DNA of 49,698 nt from an uncultured Alphaproteobacteria bacterium. Lineage in GTDB: Bacteria; Pseudomonadota; Alphaproteobacteria; Caulobacterales; Caulobacteraceae. Numbering within the stretch: the stretch's first letter is position 1; every line of letters starts with the position of its first letter. Positions 33,168-41,653 of the stretch are shown piece after piece. Made by a program: the position numbers and the translations under genes. Where the stretch lies: the NCBI GenBank assembly GCA_903933475.1, contig CAIZKE010000208.1, positions 1 to 49,698 on the forward strand. The letters run 5' to 3'. A model generated the notes under the pieces. The model made no database searches. It was given only the letters and a program-made list of their open reading frames with translations, and was not told where the DNA came from.

Positions 33168-34916
33168 CTAGGGCGTCCCGGCCGCGCCCTGATCCAGAGC
33201 CAGCCTCAGGCCATCCTTGAAAAACGCGTTCCAGCCGGCGTCCACGAAGGGCAGCCAGTCGATGTCCGCCTCGGTAAAGCCCCGGCATTGCCCCATCATC
33301 TCGCGCGCCGCCCCGGTCGCCCCATCGGCCTCGCCGCTCCGCACGAGGGCATTGACCATGACCAGGTGCGCCATCCAGTACCCCGGTCGCCGGATCAGGG
33401 ACTGCTGGGCGAGATCGATCGCCTCGGTCCATTTCCCGGTCATGCAGTGGGCGGCCGCCAGATCTCCCAGCGTATGGAAGGCGAAGGGGTCATTCGGGTT
33501 CAGCCGCAGGGATGTGGTCAGGCTCGCCATGGCGTCTTCCGGGCGACCCGCCAGGTACAGCCCCGACCCCAGGAAGGCGTGCGCCTGTGGAAGGCTGGGA
33601 TTCAGCTCGATCGCCCTGCGGAACAGCCTGAGCGCCGGGGCGTTGTTGCGCTGGAACATCTCGGCCGCACCCAGGATGGCGTGAGCCCTTCCGTCCTCGG
33701 GATCGGCCTGCATGGCGCGCCTCGCCAGGCGCGACCAGAAGCCCATGTCCTCGGGACTGATGCGTTGCGCCCAGATGTTCCAGCCCATGGTCCAGGCGGC
33801 CTGGACGAGGACCTCCGGATTGTCGGGCTCGAGCTGAAGGGCTTCGTCAAACAGTTCGCGCGCGATCCTCGAATCCTTGCTGGTCATCTGGTTCAGGTGC
33901 CAGCGGCCCCGCCAGATCAGGGTGTTCACGTCGCGGCTTGTTGCGGGCCGGGACGCGGCCCTCGACTGTTCGGCATGGTCGATCCGGGTGTCCAGGACAG
34001 CGGTCAGGCCGCCCAGGACCGTGGACAGGCTCTCGTTGGAGAGGCTTTCCGGCAGGGCGAACTTCTCGGACCAGATGACCTTTCCGTTGGTGGCGTCGAT
34101 CGTCGAAACCGACAGGACGAACCCCGACGGCGCCGTTCGCAGCCGACCTTCCACGAGATACCGAGCGCCCAGGTTGGTGCCGATCTGCTTGGCGTCGACC
34201 TTCGAAGGGTCCTGCCCGAAGCTGGAGCTGCGGGCGATGACCGGAAGCCAGCGAAGTCGCGACAACTGGTCGATCAGGTCCTCGCTGATGCCCTCCGCGG
34301 CGATATCCACAGCGCTGTCGCCCGTCTGGTTCTGGAACTTGAGTACGGCCACGGCGGGGCGTCCCTCGAATCCGGGTGCCGGCATCGACAGGTCGACGAG
34401 ATGCGCCGGTAGCGGTGGGGTCGCCGCCTTACGCGCCAACGCCTCCCACCCCTCGGCCTGGGCGTGGATGAGGGCGCGCTGCTCCCTCAGCCATTCCTCG
34501 AAGCCCTCTTCGCCGGGAAGATCGAGGCCCTCCAGGAACTCGGCTGCACCCCAGGGTTCCGACGGGTCATTCTCGTTTGCCGCCCCGGGAATCGGAATGT
34601 CGAAGGCGATGGCTCGCAGGTTCAGGCTCACCCGTGTGCCCTCGGCAAACAGCAGGGGCTCGGCAGCGTCTGCGAAGAGCCTGCGCAGGTTGGAGAGTTC
34701 GCGTCTCAGGCTGGTCTGGGACTGGACGGACTCCCGAGAGCCCCAGAGCTTGTCCTGCAGGAACTGGCGGGTGCGTTCGCCATCCCGGCCGGTCGCCAGG
34801 AGGGCGATGAGCCCGATGGCCTTCTTGCTCGCGACTTCCACCCTGTGCCCGTCGATTCCCTGGAGGCGGAAGGCCCCCATAAGCCGGACAGAATAGACTC
34901 CGGATCGCGCCGTCAT
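33168..34916 (-). CDS. Transcriptional regulator: SARP-like winged HTH + TolB-like domain + TPR repeats
   Basis: N-terminal LMGAFRL...KAIGLIALLA...RQFLQDKLW...SLRRELSNLRR and FLEGLD..FEEWL; central RPAVAVLKFQN...GISEDLIDQLSR...VIARSSSF; C-terminal TPRs (RAIELNPS, SLRLNPND). Confidence 0.85.
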   Translation of the reverse strand: MTARSGVYSVRLMGAFRLQGIDGHRVEVASKKAIGLIALLATGRDGERTRQFLQDKLWGSRESVQSQTSLRRELSNLRRLFADAAEPLLFAEGTRVSLNLRAIAFDIPIPGAANENDPSEPWGAAEFLEGLDLPGEEGFEEWLREQRALIHAQAEGWEALARKAATPPLPAHLVDLSMPAPGFEGRPAVAVLKFQNQTGDSAVDIAAEGISEDLIDQLSRLRWLPVIARSSSFGQDPSKVDAKQIGTNLGARYLVEGRLRTAPSGFVLSVSTIDATNGKVIWSEKFALPESLSNESLSTVLGGLTAVLDTRIDHAEQSRAASRPATSRDVNTLIWRGRWHLNQMTSKDSRIARELFDEALQLEPDNPEVLVQAAWTMGWNIWAQRISPEDMGFWSRLARRAMQADPEDGRAHAILGAAEMFQRNNAPALRLFRRAIELNPSLPQAHAFLGSGLYLAGRPEDAMASLTTSLRLNPNDPFAFHTLGDLAAAHCMTGKWTEAIDLAQQSLIRRPGYWMAHLVMVNALVRSGEADGATGAAREMMGQCRGFTEADIDWLPFVDAGWNAFFKDGLRLALDQGAAGTP

Positions 34917-34960
34917 TCAAATCACCCCCGGGGCCTTGATACCCGACCCCTGAACTCTTT

Positions 34961-35134
34961 TTCACGCTTCCTTCACGTCAAGTCCGGGGCGTCCCAAAAC
35001 AAGGCAGGGGCACAGACAAAGAAAAGGGAGGACTACCAGCAGGTTATATCACCAGGGCATATCGCCACCACCGCTCGTCGCGTTTCTACAGCGGCGCCTG
35101 CGATTCACGCTTTTTTCACGATGATTTCACGTCA
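34961..35134. promoter_or_regulatory. Two arrays of TTCACG direct repeats with 11-bp period (putative operator)
   Basis: TTCACG starts at 34961, 34972, 35104, 35115 and 35126. Both arrays begin TTCACGCTT and end TTCACGTCA. Confidence 0.75.
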
Positions 35135-35136
35135 GA

Positions 35137-36768
35137 TCAATCGATAGGGGCACCCTTCATCTCCTTCAGGAACAACCCGCCCACCACCAGGGTCACTCCG
35201 GCGACGACGATCGGGTACCAGAGGCCCCGGTAGATGTCCCCCGAGGCGGCCACCATGGCGAAGGCGGTGGCGGGCAGGAAGCCGCCGAACCAGCCGTTTC
35301 CGATGTGGTAGGGCAGGGACATGGAGGTGTAGCGGATGCGCGCAGGGAACATCTCGACCAGGGCGGCGGCGATCGGGCCGTAGACCATGGTGACGTAGAG
35401 GACCAGCAGGGTCAGGAGGGCGATGACCTTCGGCCGGTCGATGCGCGAGGGGTCGGCCTTGGCCGGATAGCCCGCCTCGGCCAGGGCGGCGGCGAGGGTC
35501 TTGGTCCAGGCTCCCCGGGCCTCGGCGAGGGCCTTGCCGGAAAGGGCCTGGCCATCGATCCCGGCGATCTCGGCCCCGCCGATCCGCACCCGGGCCAGGG
35601 TGCCGGCAGGCGCGGCCGCGTTCTGGTAGCTGACGCCGGCGCTGGCGAGGGCAGACTTGGCGATATCGCAGGACGAGGCGAAGGCCTTCTTGCCGATCGG
35701 GTCGAACTGGAAGGCGCAGTCGGCGGGATCGGCGATCACCGTCACCGGTGACGAGGCGGTGGCCGCTGCAAGGGCGGGATTGGCCGCTGCGGTCAGGGCC
35801 TTGAAGATCGGGAAATAGGTCAGGACCGCCACGAGACAGCCAGCCAGGATGATCGGCTTGCGGCCGATCTTGTCCGACAGCCAGCCGAAGACGACGAAGA
35901 AGGGCGTGCCAATCAGCAGGGCCGTCGCCACCAGGGCGTTGGTGGTCAGGCCGTCGACCTTGAGCGTCTTTTCCAGGAAGAAGAGGGTGTAGAACTGGCC
36001 CGTGTACCAGACCACGGCCTGGCCGGCGGTAAGGCCCACCAGGGCCAGCACAACCAGCTTCAGGTTTGCCCGGTTGGCGAAGGCCTCCGTCAGCGGCTTC
36101 TTTGAGGTCGTGCCCTCGTCCACCATCTTCTGGAAGACCGGGCTCTCGTTCAGCTTCAGCCGGATCCACATGGAGACCGCCAGGAGGACGGCCGAGACCA
36201 GGAAGGGAATCCGCCAGCCCCAGGCCTTGAAGGCCTCCTCACCCACCTGGGTGCGCACCAGGATGATCACGATCAGGGACAGGAAGAGGCCCAGGGTCGC
36301 CGTGGTCTGGATCCAGCTGGTGTAGAGGCCCCGTTTCCCGTCCGGCGCGTGCTCGGCGACATAGGTGGCTGCGCCGCCGTACTCGCCGCCCAGGGCCAGG
36401 CCCTGGACGAGGCGCAGTGCGACCAGGATCACCGGCGCCGCCAGGCCGATCTGGCTGTAGTCCGGGAGCAGGCCGACGGCAAAGGTCGACAGCCCCATCA
36501 GAAGCATGGTGACCAGGAAGGTGTTCTTGCGGCCCCAGAGGTCGCCGAGGCGTCCGAAGACGATGGCGCCGAAGGGACGCACGGCAAAGCCTGCAGCAAA
36601 GGCCATCAGGGCCAGGATGAACCCCGTGGTCTCGTTCACGCCCGAGAAGAAATGAACGCTGATGAAGGCGGTCAGGGAGCCGTAGAGGTAGAAGTCGTAC
36701 CACTCGAAGATCGTGCCGGCTGATGCCGCCCCCACGATCAGCTTGTCGTTTCGAGCCTCGCCCGCCAT
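35137..36768 (-). CDS. MFS metabolite:H+ symporter (MHS family)
   Basis: GTIFEWYDFYLYG, RPFGAIVFGRLGDLWGRK, GGEYGGA and EMFPARIRYTSMSLPY. Confidence 0.93.
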   Translation of the reverse strand: MAGEARNDKLIVGAASAGTIFEWYDFYLYGSLTAFISVHFFSGVNETTGFILALMAFAAGFAVRPFGAIVFGRLGDLWGRKNTFLVTMLLMGLSTFAVGLLPDYSQIGLAAPVILVALRLVQGLALGGEYGGAATYVAEHAPDGKRGLYTSWIQTTATLGLFLSLIVIILVRTQVGEEAFKAWGWRIPFLVSAVLLAVSMWIRLKLNESPVFQKMVDEGTTSKKPLTEAFANRANLKLVVLALVGLTAGQAVVWYTGQFYTLFFLEKTLKVDGLTTNALVATALLIGTPFFVVFGWLSDKIGRKPIILAGCLVAVLTYFPIFKALTAAANPALAAATASSPVTVIADPADCAFQFDPIGKKAFASSCDIAKSALASAGVSYQNAAAPAGTLARVRIGGAEIAGIDGQALSGKALAEARGAWTKTLAAALAEAGYPAKADPSRIDRPKVIALLTLLVLYVTMVYGPIAAALVEMFPARIRYTSMSLPYHIGNGWFGGFLPATAFAMVAASGDIYRGLWYPIVVAGVTLVVGGLFLKEMKGAPID

Positions 36769-36880
36769 GACGTCCTCCCCCGGAGATTTCCCCAGGGGGA
36801 GGATAGACGCCGAAACGTGTTTGAATCCAGTGCGCGATCCGCTCCCGGGCCGGCGAAAGGGCCAGCCCGGGACGCGTCGA

Positions 36881-38959
36881 TCAGAGGTCGGAGAACTTCT
36901 TGCCCTCGGCCACCAGCTTCTCGAGCAGGGGGGCTGGCTTGAAGTCGTCGCCCATCTTGGCCTGGAATTCCTTCATCTTCTCCAGGACCTTGGCCGCGCC
37001 GATCTGGTCGCCGTACCACATCGGGCCGCCGCGATAGACGGGCCAGCCGTAGCCGTTCTGCCAGACCACATCGACATCCGAGGACCGGATGGCCTTGCCC
37101 TCTTCGAGGATCTTCACGCCCTCGTTGATCATCGGATAGATGCAGCGCTCGAGGATCTCCTCGTCGCTCACCGTCCGCGGGTTGGAGCCGGTCTTGACGA
37201 TGAAGTCATTGATGATCTTTTCGGTCACCGGGCTCGGCTTGGCGTTGCGGTTCTCGTCGTAGTCATAGTAGCCGGCGCCGGTCTTCTGGCCGCGGCGGTC
37301 CATCTCGCAGAGGACGTCGCGGATGCTTTCGCCCTGCGAGCGCTCCTTGACCCAGCCGATGTCGAGGCCGGCCAGGTCGCTCATGGCGAAGGGACCCATG
37401 GGGAAGCCGAAGTCATAGAGCACCCGGTCGACATCCCAGGGCATGGCGCCCTCCATGACCAGCTTCTGGGCTTCGCGCTGGCGCTGGCCCAGGATGCGAT
37501 TGCCGACGAAGCCGGGGCAGACGCCGACCAGGGCAGCGATCTTGCCGATCTGCTTGGCCAGCTTCATCGAGGTGGCGATCACCGACTTGGAGGTGTGGTC
37601 GGCGCGGACGATCTCGAGCAGCTTCATCACGTTGGCAGGCGAGAAGAAGTGCAGGCCGATCACCGCCTCGGGGCGCTTGGTCACCGACGCGATCTCGTCG
37701 ATGTTCAGGCCCGAGGTGTTGGTGGCCAGGATGGCGCCCGGCTTGCAGATGGCGTCCAGCTTGGTGAAGATCTCTTTCTTCACGTCCATGCGCTCGAACA
37801 CCGCCTCGATGACCAGGTCGACCGTGGCCAGGGCGTTCATGTCCAGCGAGCCCGTGATCAGGGCCATGCGCTCCTCGACCTGGGCGGCGGTGATCCCGCC
37901 GCGGGACGCCGTGCGCTCGTAGTTGCTGCGGATGACCTTCAGGCCGCGCTCCAGAGCCTCCTTCTGGACCTCGATGAGGGTGACCGCGATGCCGACATTG
38001 GCGAAGTTCATCGCAATGCCGCCGCCCATGGTGCCGGCCCCGATGATGCCCACCGACTTGACCGGGATCAGGGGGGTGTCGTCCGGCACGTCCGGGACCT
38101 TCTGGGCCTGGCGCTCGGCGAAGAAGGAATAGCGCTGGGCCGCCGACTGCGAACCGGTGACCAGTTCGCCGAACAGCTTGCGCTCGACGGCCAGCCCCTC
38201 GTCGAAGGGCAGGTTCACCGCCGCCTCGATGCAGCGGATGTTGTACTCAGGTGCCAGGAAGCCGCGGAACTTGCGGGCATTGGCCTTGCGGAAGGCCTCG
38301 AAAATCTCGGGTTTCCCGCGGGCGGCCTCGACCTTGGTGTTGTTGTCGCGGACCTTCACCAGGGGCCTGTTCTCGGTCACGCAGCGACGGGCAAAGGCCA
38401 CGGCGGCCTCGCGCAGCTTGCCTTCCTCGGCCAGCTCGTCGACCAGGCCCATGGCCAGGGCCTCGCTGGCTGGAGCGTGGCGTCCGGAGGTCATCATCTC
38501 GAGGGCCTTCTCGGGCCCGGCCACACGGGGCAGGCGCTGGGTGCCGCCGGCACCGGGCAGCAGGCCCAGGTTTACCTCCGGCAGGCCGAGCCGGGCCGAG
38601 GGCACGGCGATGCGGTAGTGGGCGACCAGGGCGACCTCCAGGCCGCCGCCGAGGGCGGTTCCGTGAATGGCGGCGATCACCGGCTTGGGCGCGTTCTCCA
38701 TCATCCCCTGGACGTCGAACAGGGAGGGGCCGCGCGAGGCGCCACCGAACTCGGTGATGTCGGCGCCAGCGATAAAGGTGCGGCCCTCGCAGATCAGCAC
38801 GATGGCCTTGACCGCGGGATCGGCGGTCGCGGCCTTGAAGCCCTCGAACAGGCCCTCGCGCACATTGGCCGAAAGGGCGTTCACGGGCGGTGAGTTCAGG
38901 GTGATGACGGCGATGTCGCCGTCCATCGAAAGGTCGGTCACCGGATTGATGGCGGTCAT
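36881..38959 (-). CDS. Bifunctional enoyl-CoA hydratase / 3-hydroxyacyl-CoA dehydrogenase (FadB/FadJ-like)
   Basis: N-terminal crotonase (GGGLEVAL, PEVNLGLLPG), then GAGTMGGG, ATNTS, GLHFFSPA and GFVGNR. Confidence 0.93.
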   Translation of the reverse strand: MTAINPVTDLSMDGDIAVITLNSPPVNALSANVREGLFEGFKAATADPAVKAIVLICEGRTFIAGADITEFGGASRGPSLFDVQGMMENAPKPVIAAIHGTALGGGLEVALVAHYRIAVPSARLGLPEVNLGLLPGAGGTQRLPRVAGPEKALEMMTSGRHAPASEALAMGLVDELAEEGKLREAAVAFARRCVTENRPLVKVRDNNTKVEAARGKPEIFEAFRKANARKFRGFLAPEYNIRCIEAAVNLPFDEGLAVERKLFGELVTGSQSAAQRYSFFAERQAQKVPDVPDDTPLIPVKSVGIIGAGTMGGGIAMNFANVGIAVTLIEVQKEALERGLKVIRSNYERTASRGGITAAQVEERMALITGSLDMNALATVDLVIEAVFERMDVKKEIFTKLDAICKPGAILATNTSGLNIDEIASVTKRPEAVIGLHFFSPANVMKLLEIVRADHTSKSVIATSMKLAKQIGKIAALVGVCPGFVGNRILGQRQREAQKLVMEGAMPWDVDRVLYDFGFPMGPFAMSDLAGLDIGWVKERSQGESIRDVLCEMDRRGQKTGAGYYDYDENRNAKPSPVTEKIINDFIVKTGSNPRTVSDEEILERCIYPMINEGVKILEEGKAIRSSDVDVVWQNGYGWPVYRGGPMWYGDQIGAAKVLEKMKEFQAKMGDDFKPAPLLEKLVAEGKKFSDL

Positions 38960-39204
38960 GCGTTTCCTCGCTCTGCGGTTTCCGGACCGGCCGTTCAGGG
39001 GGCCAGTTCCGGCGTCGGATTCCCCCGGCGGTGTATACGCGGGACCCGGAACCGGCGAGTCAAAACTGAAGCAACGACCCCGATCGGCTTGACCGCCCCT
39101 GGCATCTGTGAGACCGCCTAGCTCCGGTCGCTTGGTACGGCTCCACGGTCGGAAAACGCAGAGCAGGGCCTAACCTGCTCGGCCGGGGGAAACGGGGTGG
39201 ACCC

Positions 39205-40047
39205 ATGCGTCTGAAGAGTCTGGGCGGCGGACTTGCGGCCCTCATTGCAGTGGTTTCCTTCAGCGTCGCCGCGGCCGCGCCCGCCAAGATTCCGCGGACT
39301 CCGGACAAGCGCCCGGACCTCAACGGAGTCTGGCAGGTCCTGAACACCGCCAACTGGGACATTGAGCCCCACGCCGCCCGCGCCGCCCTGGCCCTGCGTC
39401 AGGGCCCGGTGGTTCCGGTGCCCGCCCGGGAGGTCCTGGCCCTCGGCGCCGTCGGTGCCGTGCCGGCTGGTGCCGGTGTCGTGGTGGGGGGCGTCATCCC
39501 CTATACCCCTGAGGCCAAGGCGAAGCGGGATGAGAACCGCGCCGACTGGCTGAACCGGGATCCCGAGATCAAGTGCTACCTGCCGGGCGTTCCGCGGGCC
39601 AATTACATGAGCTTCCCGCTACAGATCATCCAGGGCGGGAGCGAGACCCTGATCGCCTACGAATACGCCGGCGCCGTCCGGAACCTGGTTTTCAAGGATC
39701 CAGGTCCGGCACCTGTGGATTCCTGGATGGGCCAGTCGGTGGCCAAATGGGAGGGTGACACCCTCGTCGTCACCGTCACCGGACAGTCCGACTCCACCTG
39801 GTTCGACCGGGCGGGCAACCATCACTCCGCGGGCATGACCGTGGTCGAGCGCTGGACCCTGACGGACGCCGACCATATCCGTTACGAGGCCGAGATCACT
39901 GACCCCGAAACCTTCACCCGTCCCTGGAAGGTGTCGATGGTCCTCTATCGCCGGGTGGGCGAGGACGCCCGCCTCCAGCAGTTCAAGTGCGTCGAGTTCG
40001 TCGAGGAGTTGATGTTCGGCAAGCTCCGCAAGAACCCCCTGCCCTGA
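39205..40047 (+). CDS. Secreted conserved hypothetical protein (beta-rich)
   Basis: Signal peptide, then PDLNGVW, DPEIKCYLPGVPR, GQSVAKWEGDTLVV, VVERW and DPETFTRPW. First gene of a 4-gene operon. Confidence 0.8.
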   Translation: MRLKSLGGGLAALIAVVSFSVAAAAPAKIPRTPDKRPDLNGVWQVLNTANWDIEPHAARAALALRQGPVVPVPAREVLALGAVGAVPAGAGVVVGGVIPYTPEAKAKRDENRADWLNRDPEIKCYLPGVPRANYMSFPLQIIQGGSETLIAYEYAGAVRNLVFKDPGPAPVDSWMGQSVAKWEGDTLVVTVTGQSDSTWFDRAGNHHSAGMTVVERWTLTDADHIRYEAEITDPETFTRPWKVSMVLYRRVGEDARLQQFKCVEFVEELMFGKLRKNPLP

Positions 40048-40078
40048 TCCCGCCCGACATTCAGCCGGAGACCCCGAC

Positions 40079-40540
40079 ATGACCTCCACCTCCACGCGCA
40101 CACTCGCCGCCCTGGCGGCCATCGCCGGACTGTCCATCGCCGGCGCGGCGGGCCAGGCCGAGGCACACCATGCCTTCGCCGCCGAGTTCGACGGCAATGC
40201 CCCGGTCCTGCTCCGCGGGGCGGTGACCAAGGTGGAGTGGATCAATCCGCACGCCTGGATCCACGTATCGGTGGCCAAGGCGGGCGGCGGAACCCAGGTC
40301 TGGATGGTCGAGGGCGGCACGCCCAACACCCTCCTGCGCTCCGGCCTGACGCGGGACTCCGTCAAGCCCGGCACCAATGTCATCGTCCGAGGCTACCAGT
40401 CCAAGGACAAGGCCTGCGCCCCGGCCTGCAAGGCCAATGGCCGCGACGTGACCTTCACCGACGGCCGCCGGGTCTTCATGGGGTCCTCCGGTACCGGGGC
40501 GCCCAAGGACGGCTCCGATCCGGGCGAGCGGCGGCCCTAG
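40079..40540 (+). CDS. DUF6152-like secreted protein
   Basis: Signal peptide ending AEA, then HHAFAAEFD, GAVTKVEWINPH and WMVEGGTPNTL. Family recognised from memory. Confidence 0.75.
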   Translation: MTSTSTRTLAALAAIAGLSIAGAAGQAEAHHAFAAEFDGNAPVLLRGAVTKVEWINPHAWIHVSVAKAGGGTQVWMVEGGTPNTLLRSGLTRDSVKPGTNVIVRGYQSKDKACAPACKANGRDVTFTDGRRVFMGSSGTGAPKDGSDPGERRP

Positions 40541-40557
40541 GGCCCCGGTGCCCCTCC

Positions 40558-41109
40558 ATGCTGGATGACTTCGTAGCCTGGCTGGCGACGACACAGGGGA
40601 GTATCGCACTCCACGAGTCGCTCTACATGTACGCCATCGTGGAGACCACCCACGTGGTCGCCATCACCCTCTTCGTGGGTACGATCGCCATGATCGACCT
40701 GAGGGTGCTGGGCCTGGCACTCAACCGTGTCCCGGTTTCCCAGTTGCTGCGCAGGCTCCTGCCCTGGACGGTGCTCGGCTTCGTCATCCTGATGGTGACC
40801 GGGGCCCTGCTGTTCTACGCCATCCCCGAACGCACCTTCCACAGCATCTGGTTCCGGGCGAAGATTCTGCTGCTCGTGCTGGCGGGTCTGAACGCCTGGC
40901 GGTTCCACCGCGCCTACGGCGTGTCGCCTGGGGGGTGGGACCTGGGTCCCGCCCCTGCGCGCGCGCGCCTTTCGGCCCTGGCCTCCCTGGCCCTCTGGAT
41001 CGGCGTGATCTTCTTCGGCCGTTTCATCGCCTACAACTGGTTCGACTGCGACAAGCCCCAGCCGGCCTTCATCTCTGCAGTCTCGGCCTGCCGGAGCTTC
41101 ACGCCGTGA
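40558..41109 (+). CDS. DUF6644-like 4-TM membrane protein
   Basis: ETTHVVAI, IDLRVLG, TGALLF, FRAKI and GRFIAY. ATG at 40558. Confidence 0.75.
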   Translation: MLDDFVAWLATTQGSIALHESLYMYAIVETTHVVAITLFVGTIAMIDLRVLGLALNRVPVSQLLRRLLPWTVLGFVILMVTGALLFYAIPERTFHSIWFRAKILLLVLAGLNAWRFHRAYGVSPGGWDLGPAPARARLSALASLALWIGVIFFGRFIAYNWFDCDKPQPAFISAVSACRSFTP

Positions 41110-41576
41110 ACCTCTACGCCCTCTGCGAGGCCATCGAGGCCACCGCCCTCTCCGCCGCCATCCGGGAGTCCCTCTGGCTCTTCCCGGTCGTCGAGGCTGT
41201 CCACCTGGTGGGCCTGGCCATCCTGGGCGGCTCTCTCTTCGTGGTCGACCTGAGGCTGATGGGCGCAGGGCTGACCCGGCAGTCCATCGTCGAGGTGGAG
41301 CAGGGTGCCAGGGGCTGGTTCCTCGGCGCCCTCGCCGTGATGATTTCCACGGGCACCCTCCTCGGGGTGTCAGAGGCCGTCAAGCTCTACGACCGACCCG
41401 CCTTCTTCCTGAAGATGATCACCCTGACCCTGGGCCTGCTGCTGGCCTTTACCGTCCGGCGGGCGCTGATCGCGCGCAATCCGAGGGGTGGGCCGTTCGC
41501 CTTTTCGGTCGGAGCCCTGTCCCTTTTCCTGTGGCTGACCACCGCCGTGGCTGGCCGCTGGGTCGGCTTCTCCTGA
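41106..41576 (+). CDS. DUF6644-like 4-TM membrane protein (paralog)
   Basis: GTG start overlaps the previous stop (GTGA). EAVHLVGL, VDLRLMG, TGTLL, FFLKM and GRWVGF. Confidence 0.75.
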   Translation: MNLYALCEAIEATALSAAIRESLWLFPVVEAVHLVGLAILGGSLFVVDLRLMGAGLTRQSIVEVEQGARGWFLGALAVMISTGTLLGVSEAVKLYDRPAFFLKMITLTLGLLLAFTVRRALIARNPRGGPFAFSVGALSLFLWLTTAVAGRWVGFS

Positions 41577-41580
41577 CGCT

Positions 41581-41653
41581 CCGGCTCAGGACCCCCCGCG
41601 GGCCGTCAGGCCCGGCCCAGGACCCCAAGGGCTATCAGACCCGGCCCAGGACC
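41581..41653. repeat. Three imperfect ~30-bp-period repeats (core CCGGCYCAGGACC)
   Basis: Core at 41581, 41612 and 41641. 41606-41624 matches 41635-41653 (3' end of the SDR gene) at 18/19. Confidence 0.6.

Noticed and set aside
33103-33432. 110-aa N-terminal extension of the 1694-aa ORF, or a regulator-enzyme frameshift fusion
   Set aside because: It overlaps the regulator's last TPR in another frame and is Arg/Gly-rich. ATG 33102 has its own RBS and no slippery site is evident.
34961-35134. TTCACG repeats as CRISPR, iterons or Pho boxes
   Set aside because: Units are 6 bp with 5-bp spacers, no cas or rep gene is present, and the sequence differs from the Pho box CTGTCAT.
36713-38893. 726-aa plus-strand ORF
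   Set aside because: Antisense shadow of the FadB-like gene.
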